Positions 1 to 8,813 of a stretch of 64,000 nt of DNA are shown here, piece by piece; the first letter of the stretch is position 1, and every line of letters begins with the position of its first letter. Source of the DNA: Candidatus Omnitrophota bacterium (GTDB lineage: Bacteria > Omnitrophota > Gorgyraeia > Zapsychrales > Zapsychraceae); assembly GCA_015233195.1 (NCBI GenBank), contig JADFYE010000001.1:3235-67234 (forward strand), given 5' to 3'. The translations under genes were made by a program, and so were the position numbers. The notes beneath the pieces are model-generated. The model was not told the DNA's origin, did not search any database, and saw only the letters and a program-made list of their open reading frames with translations.

Positions 1-1
1 A

Positions 2-517
<516 letters not shown>

Positions 518-541
518 TATACACAGCAAATTTTTTTATTG

Positions 542-685
542 AAAATCGTAGGTATTTACGCGGACGTTAGATAATTCGAGCGGGCACGGCTCGTACAGTT
601 TTATCGTACGAGAGCGAGAATTATCTTCGAGCGCAGTTTAGTCTCGCAGGGACTAACAAGTGTTCCGCGGAATACCGAAGATTTT
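542..685. other. ~145-bp self-complementary intergenic element (candidate structured RNA leader or MITE-like element)
   Basis: Hand folding: 542-564 pairs imperfectly with 664-685 (aaaatc/gatttt, ggtatt/aatacc, cgcgga/tccgcg). Inside are hairpins 577-593 (cgagc/gctcg), 590-612 (ctcgtac/gtacgag, which shares bases with the previous one), 570-577/618-625 (gataattc/gaattatc) and 638-656 (ttagtc/gactaa). There is no ORF, and the element looks GC-richer than its flanks. Confidence 0.35.
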
Positions 686-699
686 AAGTTAAAATTTGC
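655..699 (+). repeat. 45-nt conserved intergenic box, copy 1 (upstream of the radical SAM gene)
   Basis: aacaagtgttccgcggaataccgaagattttaagttaaaatttgc. In an ungapped hand alignment, 39 of 45 positions are identical to 8757-8801. Confidence 0.6.
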
Positions 700-732
700 G
701 TAATATTTTCATTTTTAGGATATCAATTATCA

Positions 733-2199
733 ATGACCGACATTGTTTTTGTAAAAGCTAATAATCAGAAAAAAATATTCCAGGCGCTGAGCCATGCGCT
801 CTCTGGTATTGAGCCGCCTTTGTGGTTAATATTACAAGCAGCTTATTTACGTGCCAAAGGTTTTTCAGTCGCAGTTGTCGACGCTGAAGCTGAAAATTTG
901 GACGTTTATGAAACCGTACAAAGAACGCTTGCCCTAGACCCTTCCTTGGTATCGGTAGTTGTATCAGGTACCAATCCATCAGCTTCAACTGTTAATATGC
1001 CGGGCGCTGGACTTTTTCTAAATACTTTTAAAAAAATGGCGCAGGATATACCAACTGCTATATGCGGTCTTCATCCGTCTGCTTTACCAGAGCGGACAGC
1101 TAAAGAAGAGAATGTAGATTTTGTAATTGTCGGCGAGGGATTTTCCACCCATGAAGAGCTATTGAAATCTTTACGAGCTCTAGTTCCAGTATCTGATTAT
1201 AGCAATATAAAAGGTTTGTGTTTTAAACAAGACGCTAAGGTTGTGCTTACAGATCGTGCGCCTAATATTGATGATCTGGGAAGTTTGCCTATGCCAGCCT
1301 GGGATTTATTACCTGTGGCTAAATATCGCGCGCATAATTGGCATTGTTTTTCGCATATAGGTGAGCGTAGACCATACGCTGTGATTTTTACCAGTCTGGG
1401 TTGTCCGTTCCATTGCGAGTTTTGCTGTATCAATTCTATATTCGGTGGTCCGGGCATACGCTATCGTCCAGTAGAAAAAGTAATGGAAGAAATAGATTTC
1501 TTAGTTAAAAACTATGATGTAAAAAATCTTAAGATTCTCGACGAATTATTTGCCATGAATTGGCCTCACGTTGAGGCAATCTGTGATCAGCTTATCGCCC
1601 GGAAGTATGACTTGAATATTTGGGTTTATGGACGGATTGATACAGTCAAAGATTTTATGCTGCCTAAAATGAAAAAAGCTGGCATCAATTGGATTGCGTA
1701 CGGAATGGAATCTGGAAGCGCGAAAGTTAGGACTGGGGTAACTAAAGGTCGTTTTGATAATGCCATGATAAAGCAAGTGGTGGATATGACTCACGCTGCG
1801 GGCATTGAAGTAGTATCGAATTTTATTTTTGGTTTACCCGACGACGATTTGTCAACGATGCAGGAAACTTTGGATTTAGCCAAGGAATTAAATTGCGCGT
1901 ATGCTAATTTTTATTGTGCTATGGCTTATCCGGGTTCGAAATTATATGAAGATGCGGTTCGTCAGAGCTTGCCTCTTCCAGAGAAATGGTCGGGATATGC
2001 TCAGTTCAGCGAGGATACTTTTCCGCTGCCTACTAAATATCTTTCTTCTGGTGAAGTTTTAAAATTCCGGGACCAGGCTTTTGACGATTATTATAGTGAT
2101 CCTAAATATTTAGCGCGTATGGAAAAAATATTTGGACCGCTTGCAGTAGAACATATTAAGGAAATGTGTTCAATAAAACTTCGACGTAAGTATTATTAA
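733..2199 (+). CDS. B12-binding-domain (class B) radical SAM enzyme
   Basis: 488 aa. Cys triad GCPFHCEFCC (CxxxCxxC) in mid-protein, preceded by a Rossmann-like N-terminal segment (FSVAVVDAEAENL...VVVSG) as in cobalamin-binding radical SAM proteins. Confidence 0.8.
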   Translation: MTDIVFVKANNQKKIFQALSHALSGIEPPLWLILQAAYLRAKGFSVAVVDAEAENLDVYETVQRTLALDPSLVSVVVSGTNPSASTVNMPGAGLFLNTFKKMAQDIPTAICGLHPSALPERTAKEENVDFVIVGEGFSTHEELLKSLRALVPVSDYSNIKGLCFKQDAKVVLTDRAPNIDDLGSLPMPAWDLLPVAKYRAHNWHCFSHIGERRPYAVIFTSLGCPFHCEFCCINSIFGGPGIRYRPVEKVMEEIDFLVKNYDVKNLKILDELFAMNWPHVEAICDQLIARKYDLNIWVYGRIDTVKDFMLPKMKKAGINWIAYGMESGSAKVRTGVTKGRFDNAMIKQVVDMTHAAGIEVVSNFIFGLPDDDLSTMQETLDLAKELNCAYANFYCAMAYPGSKLYEDAVRQSLPLPEKWSGYAQFSEDTFPLPTKYLSSGEVLKFRDQAFDDYYSDPKYLARMEKIFGPLAVEHIKEMCSIKLRRKYY

Positions 2200-4199
2200 T
2201 ATAGCTGCATGTTGATATTATAGTTTTGCATTTCACGTTCAAATTTTTCATCTAAATTTTTTATTTTACTGAGCATTTTTTCTGCAGATTGTTTGTCCCC
2301 TATTCTAGTAAATCCCACACTCAGATAATAATAAAAAAATCGGTCATTATATCCCAAGTTTTCTTGTAACGCGGCATTACAAGTATTGATCAAATTAGGC
2401 ATATCATTTAATTTTAAATAGCATATAGCGAGCATTTCCCACACATGTTGTCTGCCTTGTCTTATCCGTTCATGCAAAAGCGTTTCATCCGCATGTAGAT
2501 TTTCAAGAAAAGGTTTATAGTGAAAAGATTGAATTAAAAACCGTATGGTCGCATCAGGATTCATTTGTAACGCGGCGTTTAAAGTGTTTATTGCCTGGGG
2601 GAAGTTATTGTTTAAAAATAAGAAAACTGAAAAATTATAAATAGACCAAAAATTTTCTGGTTTTAGTTGATAGGCTATTTCCAGGTTTTGGGCAGTAATA
2701 TTAGCGGGTGCAGTTATCAAAGAGGTGCAATACGCTTGCAGCGCGTGTATTTCAGGATAAGTAGGAGTATGAAAACGGTTTATACTTTGTAAGAAAATAT
2801 AATATTTTAAAATTTGATCAGGAGTCAAGGTAGCGTTCCGGTTGAGTTTATTTATTAAAGGAGTTAACGATTCAGGGGTGGTTAATTTAGTTGGATCAAT
2901 TTCAAATATTGGATAATGGATGAAAGGTTTTAGTCGTTCATTGACAATGGGGATACGGATAAATTGGATAACCAAAAAAGTGATTAAATATATTATTATT
3001 GTAATTTTGATTAGGGCAAGCAGGATTTTTTTTGCTGAATGAATTTCGCCGCTTTTATTGAATTTAAATAAATTATCAGCACACCAGCCTAGCCAAATAG
3101 CGAATACCGGCATGGTCCAGGATATTTGCCGGTCCAGGAACCAGTATTTAGTAATTGTCGCAGCAATAAAAATTGTTCCTACTCCTCCGATAATATATAA
3201 GAAAAGTAAGAGAATTTTTTCTTTTATTTTGGGATCATAAAAGATGAAAGCAGTGAATGGTATGATCAATAAATAGATTAAATATGGTTCTCCAAGTATC
3301 CAGACTGCGAATAATTTATATAAAAATCCTAAAATGTTTTTTTGCGGGTCAGGGATTTGTAGATATACATTTTGGGGTAAAGTTTGGGATAACGTTTCAC
3401 CCAAAGGCGCTAAACGCGCATACCATAACCAAACGATTAAGGATAATGAAGCAAGCCATAATAAATATTTAAATACTGGTTTGATTATGAAATTTTGCCA
3501 GACTGGTTTCGAGAATAATTTGTATTCGTAAGCGCTGAATAATAAAGCAAAGAAAATAAATGCGCTGCCAAATAAATGAAATGAAGCCGTGAACATGAAA
3601 AATAAAACAATACCGATTTTTTGCAGATTGGATAAGTTTTCATATTTATTAAAAATCAGCCAGGAAAAATGCAGACAGCCTAATACTAAAACTGGATGAA
3701 AAGCGTAAGTTCGGATTTCAAGCGCGTGCCATACCAAAGAATAGTTGAATGCAAATACCGTGAAAGTCAGTATATATGCCCAGATCGATATGAAATAATG
3801 TTTACAAACTAAATATAATAAGTAAAAAGATAGTATAGTGAAAATTATTTCTGGTATTAATAAAAGCCATTTAACATTGTCACATATTAAAATACTTCCT
3901 AATGCTAGGTTGTGAATTGGGGCGTATTTACCTAATAACCATTGGGTAATGGGGTAGGTTAGAATATAATCGCCTGGAAAAGTTGAAAAATCTCCATAAT
4001 TGACCCGTAACCAGATGGGTTTAAAAATGCCCACGGTTTTTTTAAGCTGCCACATCTCATCGTTCCAGAGAATGCGGTTGTATGCTCCATAAAAACGGTT
4101 CCAGAACCCCCATAAAGATAATAAAAAGCATACTGCAGGTGTAAGTGTTTCTGGTTTTGGCAAGGAAAATTTTTTTAATAAGGCTGCAACTTGTTTCAT
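2196..4199 (-). CDS. Polytopic membrane protein with C-terminal TPR repeats (GT-C-type glycosyltransferase-like; ArnT/PMT/DUF2723-like architecture)
   Basis: 667 aa. The N-terminal ~430 aa carry many hydrophobic spans. The C-terminal ~230 aa are TPR-like helical repeats (AINTLNAALQMNPD, LINTCNAALQENLG, YYLSVGFTRIGDKQSAEKML). The catalytic motif was not verified. Confidence 0.5.
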   Translation of the reverse strand: MKQVAALLKKFSLPKPETLTPAVCFLLSLWGFWNRFYGAYNRILWNDEMWQLKKTVGIFKPIWLRVNYGDFSTFPGDYILTYPITQWLLGKYAPIHNLALGSILICDNVKWLLLIPEIIFTILSFYLLYLVCKHYFISIWAYILTFTVFAFNYSLVWHALEIRTYAFHPVLVLGCLHFSWLIFNKYENLSNLQKIGIVLFFMFTASFHLFGSAFIFFALLFSAYEYKLFSKPVWQNFIIKPVFKYLLWLASLSLIVWLWYARLAPLGETLSQTLPQNVYLQIPDPQKNILGFLYKLFAVWILGEPYLIYLLIIPFTAFIFYDPKIKEKILLLFLYIIGGVGTIFIAATITKYWFLDRQISWTMPVFAIWLGWCADNLFKFNKSGEIHSAKKILLALIKITIIIYLITFLVIQFIRIPIVNERLKPFIHYPIFEIDPTKLTTPESLTPLINKLNRNATLTPDQILKYYIFLQSINRFHTPTYPEIHALQAYCTSLITAPANITAQNLEIAYQLKPENFWSIYNFSVFLFLNNNFPQAINTLNAALQMNPDATIRFLIQSFHYKPFLENLHADETLLHERIRQGRQHVWEMLAICYLKLNDMPNLINTCNAALQENLGYNDRFFYYYLSVGFTRIGDKQSAEKMLSKIKNLDEKFEREMQNYNINMQLY

Positions 4200-4322
4200 G
4201 CCTTTAGTTTAGCAAGCTATTTTTATAATACAATATTTTTGCTTTTTTCTTTTTCCTTTGAGGCTTTTTATCTTAATATATATAAGTAGTTTATCGACTA
4301 TAGAACGTTACAAAGGAGTTTT

Positions 4323-5318
4323 ATGATTATTAGCCGTACGCCGTTCCGGGTTTCATTTTTTGGTGGAGGTACAGATTATCCAAAATGGTTTAAAGAGCAT
4401 AAAGGTGCTGTATTAGCTACGACTATAAATAAATATTGTTACATCACTTGCCGGTATTTGCCGCCGTTTTTTGACCATAAATCACGCATAATTTATTCTA
4501 AAATGGAGCATGTCCAAAAGGTGGATGATATTCAGCATCCTGCTGCCCGCGAAGTACTGAAGTTTTTAAAAATTAAACAAGGTGTTGAGATCCATCACGA
4601 CGGGGATTTGCCTGCTCGTACTGGTCTGGGTTCGAGCTCTGCTTTTACTGTAGGTTTATTAAACGCGTTTTATGCTTTAAAAGGTCAGATGTCGACTAAG
4701 GAAAAATTAGCGCGGGAAGCGATTTATGTTGAACAAACTATGTGCAAAGAAAATGTAGGTTGTCAGGACCAGATATTAGCTTCTTATGGTGGTTTGAATT
4801 TGGTTGAGTTTAAAGGTGATGATGATCATGAGGTTCGGGAAGTAACTTTACATAAAGACATTACTCATAATCTGCAAAGTCATTTAATGTTATATTTTAC
4901 CGGGTTTTCCAGATTTGCTTCAGAAATAGCTTTGCATCAGATTCAGAACATGGGTAACAGAACTGCTGAAATGGAACGCATGTATGAAATGGTATTTGCC
5001 GGATCAGAATATCTGCAGGCTAATGATATGAAAAATTTTGGTAAATTATTGGATGAAAGCTGGAAAATTAAGCGCACTTTGTCAGATAAAATATCCAGTT
5101 CGCACATTGATCAGATCTATGCTAAAGCCAAGAAAGGTGGAGCTTTAGGCGGTAAATTGTTAGGAGCAGGTGGTGGAGGCTTTATGTTGTTGTTCGTCCC
5201 GCCGTCGAAACAAAAGGCGGTTAAAGAAGAATTGAAAAAATTATTGTTAGTGCCGTTTAAGTTTGAAAGCTTAGGCAGCAGGATTATTTTTTATCAGGAA
5301 GAGAATGGGTATAAATAA
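4323..5318 (+). CDS. hddA: GHMP-family sugar kinase, D-glycero-D-manno-heptose 7-phosphate kinase-like
   Basis: 331 aa. N-terminus MIISRTPFRVSFFGGGTDYP and GHMP ATP-site motif PARTGLGSSSAF. An AAGGAG SD lies 7 nt upstream. Directly followed by a sugar-1-P nucleotidyltransferase, and gmhB is nearby. Confidence 0.65.
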   Translation: MIISRTPFRVSFFGGGTDYPKWFKEHKGAVLATTINKYCYITCRYLPPFFDHKSRIIYSKMEHVQKVDDIQHPAAREVLKFLKIKQGVEIHHDGDLPARTGLGSSSAFTVGLLNAFYALKGQMSTKEKLAREAIYVEQTMCKENVGCQDQILASYGGLNLVEFKGDDDHEVREVTLHKDITHNLQSHLMLYFTGFSRFASEIALHQIQNMGNRTAEMERMYEMVFAGSEYLQANDMKNFGKLLDESWKIKRTLSDKISSSHIDQIYAKAKKGGALGGKLLGAGGGGFMLLFVPPSKQKAVKEELKKLLLVPFKFESLGSRIIFYQEENGYK

Positions 5319-6038
5319 TTGACACATGAAATGAAAGATATATGCGCGGTGGTGTTGTGCGGGGGGATGGGCACCCGTCTGCGTTCTGAGATCGGCGAGG
5401 AACAGAAGGTCATGGTATCTTTTGAGGGACGGCCGTTTTTGGATTATATTTTGGAACAAATTGTTGAGCAAGGCGTGCATAAAGTTGTGCTTTGTGCTGG
5501 TTATAAATCTGAGTCAGTTAAGAATATTGTAAAACGATATCCCGACGTAGATATTGTGATTTCAATTGAAAATGAACCTTTGGGTACTGGCGGGGCTATA
5601 AAAAATGCTGAAACTTTGATAAGCAGCGATAAATTTTTTGTATTTAACGGCGATTCATTCTGTAAAATTGATTTGAAGAACTTTTTTGAATTTCATTTAT
5701 CAAAAGATAGTTTGGTTTCTATGGCTGTTGCTAAAGTCGAAGACAGTAAAGATTATGGGAGAATAATTTTAGATCCGGATCAGTCTGTGGTTAGTTTTGA
5801 AGAAAAAAATCAAAGGGCATCCAGTCCGTATGTTAACGCTGGAGTTTATTGTTTTTCAAAAGAAGTGTTGGATGTTATGCCGCAAGGACATTTCTCGCTT
5901 GAGAAAGATCTTTTTCCGAGGCTGACTGGAATGCACACCCGGGGTTTTATTTTGGAAAAGAGTTTCTTGGATATTGGTACGCCGCAAAGATTTAAAAAAG
6001 CTAAAGAGCTTATAGAAAGGCAAGGCAGATTTGACTAA
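5319..6038 (+). CDS. hddC: Sugar-1-phosphate nucleotidyltransferase, heptose 1-phosphate guanylyltransferase-like
   Basis: 239 aa. N-terminal LCGGMGTRLRS (GxGTRL signature). The ORF track gives a TTG start; an alternative ATG lies at 5331. The substrate is inferred only from context. Confidence 0.6.
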   Translation: MTHEMKDICAVVLCGGMGTRLRSEIGEEQKVMVSFEGRPFLDYILEQIVEQGVHKVVLCAGYKSESVKNIVKRYPDVDIVISIENEPLGTGGAIKNAETLISSDKFFVFNGDSFCKIDLKNFFEFHLSKDSLVSMAVAKVEDSKDYGRIILDPDQSVVSFEEKNQRASSPYVNAGVYCFSKEVLDVMPQGHFSLEKDLFPRLTGMHTRGFILEKSFLDIGTPQRFKKAKELIERQGRFD

Positions 6039-7197
6039 GGCAAAAGAAAAAAGTTCAGAGTTGTATAAAAAAGCGCAATACAAAGTGCCGTTCGGAACAG
6101 TATCTATAACTAATAAAGCTCAAAAATTAATTGATACAGCCATAGAATCAAAATGGCTGACTCGGGGAAAATATGTGCAGGAATTCGAGGAGAAATTTGC
6201 AAAGTTGTTCGGAGTTAAAGAAGCAGTTGCGGTAAGCAGCGGCACTGATGCGGATGCGATTGCCTGCGCGGTGTTGTATGATTACGGCGCGAAGCGTGGT
6301 GATGAAATTATTGTGCCGGCTTTGACTTTTGTGGCTACTGGTAATGCGGTGTTGCAAGCGGGTTTCAAGCCGGTTTTTGTAGACGTGAAACGTGATACTT
6401 TGAATATTGATGCGGATAAGATTGAAGCTGTTATCACGCCCAGAACTCGTGCGATTATGCCAGTACATTTAATGGGTAAGCCGGCTGATATGGATAGGAT
6501 TATGGCGATTGCTAAGTCGCATAATTTGTATGTTATCGAAGACGCTGCTGAAGCGCATGGTGCTTTGTATAAAGGACAAAAGGTCGGCGGTATCGGGCAT
6601 ATGGGAGCATTTAGTTTATACGCCGCGCATATTATTACTTCGATAGAGGGAGGGATGTTGACTACTAATGATCCGCAAATGGCTGAGGCAATGCGGTCTT
6701 TGCGTAATCACGGGATAGTTAATAAATTTGAATTTAAGCGGATAGGTTTTTCCGCGAAAATGAATGAAATAGAGGCAGCAGTTGGTTTAGGTAATATTGA
6801 GATATTCAATGACATATTAAATCAGCGGCGAGAAAATTTATTATATTTAATTGCACAGTTTAAAAAGTTTGAAGAATATTTTTATTATATTAAAGAAGAA
6901 CCAGGGGAGAAGATCGGACCGCACGCATTTTCAATAATAGTTAAACCGAATATGCCTTTTACCAAAGATGAATTTGTAGCTTTTATGGACCAGCGCGGTA
7001 TTGATTCACGCAATTTATTCTATTCTCTTCCGACGCAGTGTTCGAGTTATGAATTTTTAGGACACAATCTGGGCGACTTCCCCGAAGCTGAATATTGTTC
7101 AAATAACGGAACCCATATCGGCATTCATCAGGACTTGAATGAAGAACATATGGATCATGTGATTAGGACCGTGGGAGAGTTTATTAAGAAGTGGTAA
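6031..7197 (+). CDS. DegT/DnrJ/EryC1/StrS-family PLP/PMP enzyme with His at the Schiff-base Lys position (ColD-like sugar 3-dehydratase candidate)
   Basis: 388 aa. The motif FSLYAAHIITSIEGG aligns with the family motif ...K-x-x-T-x-G-E-G-G, with His200 (cat, 6628-6630) where the PLP lysine normally sits. The paralog at 9887 keeps the Lys (FYPTKGLGAFGDGG). Confidence 0.7.
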   Translation: MTKAKEKSSELYKKAQYKVPFGTVSITNKAQKLIDTAIESKWLTRGKYVQEFEEKFAKLFGVKEAVAVSSGTDADAIACAVLYDYGAKRGDEIIVPALTFVATGNAVLQAGFKPVFVDVKRDTLNIDADKIEAVITPRTRAIMPVHLMGKPADMDRIMAIAKSHNLYVIEDAAEAHGALYKGQKVGGIGHMGAFSLYAAHIITSIEGGMLTTNDPQMAEAMRSLRNHGIVNKFEFKRIGFSAKMNEIEAAVGLGNIEIFNDILNQRRENLLYLIAQFKKFEEYFYYIKEEPGEKIGPHAFSIIVKPNMPFTKDEFVAFMDQRGIDSRNLFYSLPTQCSSYEFLGHNLGDFPEAEYCSNNGTHIGIHQDLNEEHMDHVIRTVGEFIKKW

Positions 7198-7215
7198 AGG
7201 TGAAAAGTGATTTGA

Positions 7216-7257
7216 TCCCCTCTCCAGCCTCTGGGGAGAGGGTTAGGGTGAGGGGAA
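7216..7257. repeat. 42-bp GC-rich palindromic repeat, copy 1
   Basis: tcccctctccagcctctggggagagggttagggtgaggggaa is identical (42/42) to 10989-11030. It contains the stem ccctctcc/ggagaggg, and its ends tcccctc/gagggga are complementary. It lies 19 nt after the stop of the DegT paralog. Confidence 0.9.
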
Positions 7258-7262
7258 TAGAA

Positions 7263-7676
7263 ATGAAAAAAATTATATTTATGCTGCTCTTGTTGGGAGG
7301 CTTTGCATGCGTGAGCAATGCTTTTGCTGATGGCGTAAAAGATAATGTTGATTTAAAGAAGCAATTTGATGGTTATTATTCGCAATTACTTGAATATCGA
7401 AAAGATCCGAAAATACAGTTATCTTCCAATCCTGCTGTGTACAATGATTGTGAAGCATTTAGAAAAATTGTTGAGACGGGAAAAGTGTTCTTGCCTTTTA
7501 TTGTTGAAGAAATTAAAAAAGGTGACTTCTTTCTGAATCAGGCAATGGAAGAAATAACCGGGATAAAAAGTACATCGCTTAAAAATACAGATGAAATTAT
7601 CGGCGAAATAGAAATTTCTAAGTTGTGGATTGAATGGTGGGAGCAGAACAAAAATAAATTTGCAGAGTTAAAATAA
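7263..7676 (+). CDS. Small secreted hypothetical protein
   Basis: ATG at 7263 gives MKKIIFMLLLLGGFACVSNAFA, a signal-peptide-like N-terminus. The ORF-track start at 7191 would translate the 42-bp repeat and was rejected. Confidence 0.55.
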   Translation: MKKIIFMLLLLGGFACVSNAFADGVKDNVDLKKQFDGYYSQLLEYRKDPKIQLSSNPAVYNDCEAFRKIVETGKVFLPFIVEEIKKGDFFLNQAMEEITGIKSTSLKNTDEIIGEIEISKLWIEWWEQNKNKFAELK

Positions 7677-7685
7677 AGGTACGGT

Positions 7686-8744
7686 ATGAATAAAAATTTA
7701 TATGCAGTGATTTTGGCTGGTGGGGCGGGGACGAGGTTTTGGCCTAAGAGCAGAAAAAGTTTGCCCAAACAATTCATTGATGTTACGGGCGAAGGGACTT
7801 TTTTTGATCAGACTATTAAACGGATCAAGCCGATAGTACCGCTTAAGAATATTTGGGTAGTATCGAATGCGAATTATAAGAAGCTGGTCGTTGACTCGCT
7901 TCGTAAATTTAAAATACCTACCGGCAATATTTTATTAGAACCATCAGGTAAGAATACAGCGCCTGCGATTTGCTGGGCAGCTTCAGTGCTCTTTCATGAA
8001 AATCCTGACGCCATAATGATGGTTTTGCCTTCTGACCATTTGATTACTAGAGAAAAGAATTTTATTAATATGCTGAATAAAGCGGTCAAGACTGCTGGAC
8101 AAGATTATTTGGTAACTATGGGGATTGTGCCGACTCGACCAGAGGTAGGTTATGGTTATTTCAAGGTTAAGAGAGGAAAGAATAAGGACGTGCTTCTCGT
8201 CGATAAATTCATTGAAAAGCCGGATGTGAAAAAAGCCGCTAAACTCATTTGTAATAAAAATGTGTTTTGGAACAGTGGGATGTTTGTTTGGAAAGCTAAG
8301 ACGGTGTTAAAAGAATTTTTACAGCACTTACCCAAGACTTATAAATTGTTCGCGGAATTAAAAGATCCTAAAAAAGTTTTAAAAATATGGGATAAAGTTG
8401 AAAGTATTTCAGTTGATTACGCGATCATGGAGAAATCTGGTCGTGTTGCAGCAGTCGCTGCTGAAAACATTGGCTGGTCAGATGTTGGTAGCTGGCAAGC
8501 TTTATCAGAAATTCTACCGTCAGATAAACAGGGAAATTATTTTAAGGGTGAGGTTTTAGGGATAGATAATCAAAACACCATGGTCTGGGCGGATAAGCGT
8601 CTGGTCGTTGCGGTTGGATTAAAAAATATTGTGATAGTTGATACCAAAGACGCGGTTTTGGTGTGTGATCTCGCCCAATCGCAAAAGATCAAAAATGTAG
8701 TCGACGCGCTCAAAGTGGATAAGAAATTTAGGGGAATAGTTTAA
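7686..8744 (+). CDS. manC: Mannose-1-phosphate guanylyltransferase (nucleotidyltransferase domain only, no cupin/PMI domain)
   Basis: 352 aa. AVILAGGAGTRFWPKSR N-terminal signature, plus GYGYF, WNSGMFVW and VDYAIMEK blocks typical of ManC/CpsB N-domains. Confidence 0.75.
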   Translation: MNKNLYAVILAGGAGTRFWPKSRKSLPKQFIDVTGEGTFFDQTIKRIKPIVPLKNIWVVSNANYKKLVVDSLRKFKIPTGNILLEPSGKNTAPAICWAASVLFHENPDAIMMVLPSDHLITREKNFINMLNKAVKTAGQDYLVTMGIVPTRPEVGYGYFKVKRGKNKDVLLVDKFIEKPDVKKAAKLICNKNVFWNSGMFVWKAKTVLKEFLQHLPKTYKLFAELKDPKKVLKIWDKVESISVDYAIMEKSGRVAAVAAENIGWSDVGSWQALSEILPSDKQGNYFKGEVLGIDNQNTMVWADKRLVVAVGLKNIVIVDTKDAVLVCDLAQSQKIKNVVDALKVDKKFRGIV

Positions 8745-8756
8745 TACGCCGGATTA

Positions 8757-8801
8757 AACAAGTGTTCCGTGAAATACCGAAGATTTTTAACCAAAATTTG
8801 C
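8757..8801 (+). repeat. 45-nt conserved intergenic box, copy 2 (upstream of the GT9 gene)
   Basis: aacaagtgttccgtgaaataccgaagatttttaaccaaaatttgc. 39 of 45 positions are identical to 655-699. It ends 12 nt before the ATG at 8814. Confidence 0.6.
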
Positions 8802-8813
8802 CAATGCAAAAGT

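Noticed and set aside
518-732. Cobalamin riboswitch upstream of the B12-binding radical SAM gene.
   Set aside because: I could not find a B12-box-like core or the usual conserved junction sequences. The structure is reported only as an unclassified element.
7191-7262. N-terminal extension of the 7191 ORF (MVKVKSDLIPSPASGERVRVRGIE).
   Set aside because: It is a translation of the 42-bp palindromic repeat. A normal signal peptide starts at the in-frame ATG at 7263.
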